Source: Candidatus Methylacidiphilales bacterium
Lineage (GTDB): Bacteria > Verrucomicrobiota > Verrucomicrobiia > Methylacidiphilales > JAAUTS01
Direction of reading: 5' to 3'
Assembly: GCA_028713655.1 (NCBI GenBank)
Contig: JAQTNW010000006.1
Location: 37,544 to 101,543, forward strand
DNA: 64,000 nucleotides
Below, in pieces: positions 63,627 to 64,000 of this stretch (positions within the stretch are counted from its first letter, which is position 1; every line of letters begins with the position of its first letter). A program made the position numbers and the translations under genes. The notes beneath the pieces were generated by a model. It did no database searches. It had not been told where the DNA came from and saw nothing but the letters and a program-made list of their open reading frames with translations.

Positions 63627-63833
63627 ATGCGCTACGCGATTTTAATTGAAAAATCCGAGACCGGATATGGTGCTTATGTTCCCGATCTTCCCGGATGCGT
63701 CGCTGTGGGAGAAACCATTGCAGAAACTGAAAAACTGATTAAGGAGGCAGTCGAGTTTCATCTTGAAGGCCTCAGGGAAGACGGAATTGATATTCCATCA
63801 CCATCCTCGGTTGCTGAATACGTTGAAGTATAA
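63627..63833 (+). CDS. hicB: HicB-family antitoxin (short form, N-terminal domain only)
   Basis: RBS aaggag. MRYAILIEKSETGYGAYVPDLPGCVAVGETIAETEKLIKEAVEFHLEGLREDG. Confidence 0.8.
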   Translation: MRYAILIEKSETGYGAYVPDLPGCVAVGETIAETEKLIKEAVEFHLEGLREDGIDIPSPSSVAEYVEV

Positions 63834-64000
63834 AACACCGAACCAGGTCGTTGACCGAACTCTCTAAGGCTCTCCAGTCACAACAACGTTTGCATACGAG
63901 ATATGTTAGGTGAATCAGGTCTATTCTTTGATTGGTGTCTTGCTGCTACGGCAGGATGGCGATTCCTCTTTTCTCCTTCATACCGTCATAAGATCATTCA

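Noticed and set aside
63903-64000. A partial ORF at the right edge (MLGESGLFFDWCLAATAGWRFLFSPSYRHKII...).
   Set aside because: Only about 32 codons are visible, with no motif. I cannot support it as a gene.
1-64000. Autonomous mobile elements, prophage, reverse transcriptase/retron/DGR, or Cas-like nucleases.
   Set aside because: Every ORF longer than about 150 aa was assigned or examined. None resembles a transposase, integrase, recombinase, RT, terminase, capsid or large nuclease. All repeats seen are short and non-coding.

Overview
High-GC bacterial chromosome segment; hand counts on sample lines give roughly 60-65% GC in core genes. It carries about 60 supportable protein genes, one tRNA-Pro(GGG), and unusually repeat-rich intergenic DNA. 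From gene content, a PEP-CTERM-type sorting signal and word-like intergenic repeats, I infer a Verrucomicrobiota/Planctomycetota-like organism; this is not verified. The core is ordinary: trmFO (partial), msrA, HU, folE2, a complete porin-pstSCAB-phoU cluster, nagZ, pdxH, hslO, mutS, a GH1 glycosidase, an MGDG-synthase-like glycosyltransferase and two-component systems. No transposase, integrase, reverse transcriptase, cas gene or CRISPR array is visible. The parts worth a second look are: (1) two AT-rich islands (about 12.0-13.7 kb and 51.2-52.7 kb), each with two uncharacterised membrane/secreted proteins beside a recurring cccccttgtcaggggg motif; (2) a 29.5-34.5 kb stretch with a polytopic VIT-domain protein ending in a PEP-CTERM-like anchor, a hybrid DinJ/MazF pair, and an orphan RelE/ParE-like gene abutting a membrane vWA gene; (3) three clustered bactofilin paralogs, one with two zinc ribbons, next to LuxE/LuxC-like genes; (4) a CHASE2 cyclase - FecR-like - caspase/CHAT-like operon; (5) a REC-LOV-PAS-HK-REC photoreceptor kinase; (6) a minimal nucleotidyltransferase with an overlapping small ORF; (7) several dispersed repeat families, some bracketing genes. 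All functional calls come from reading the translations. No database search or computation was run.
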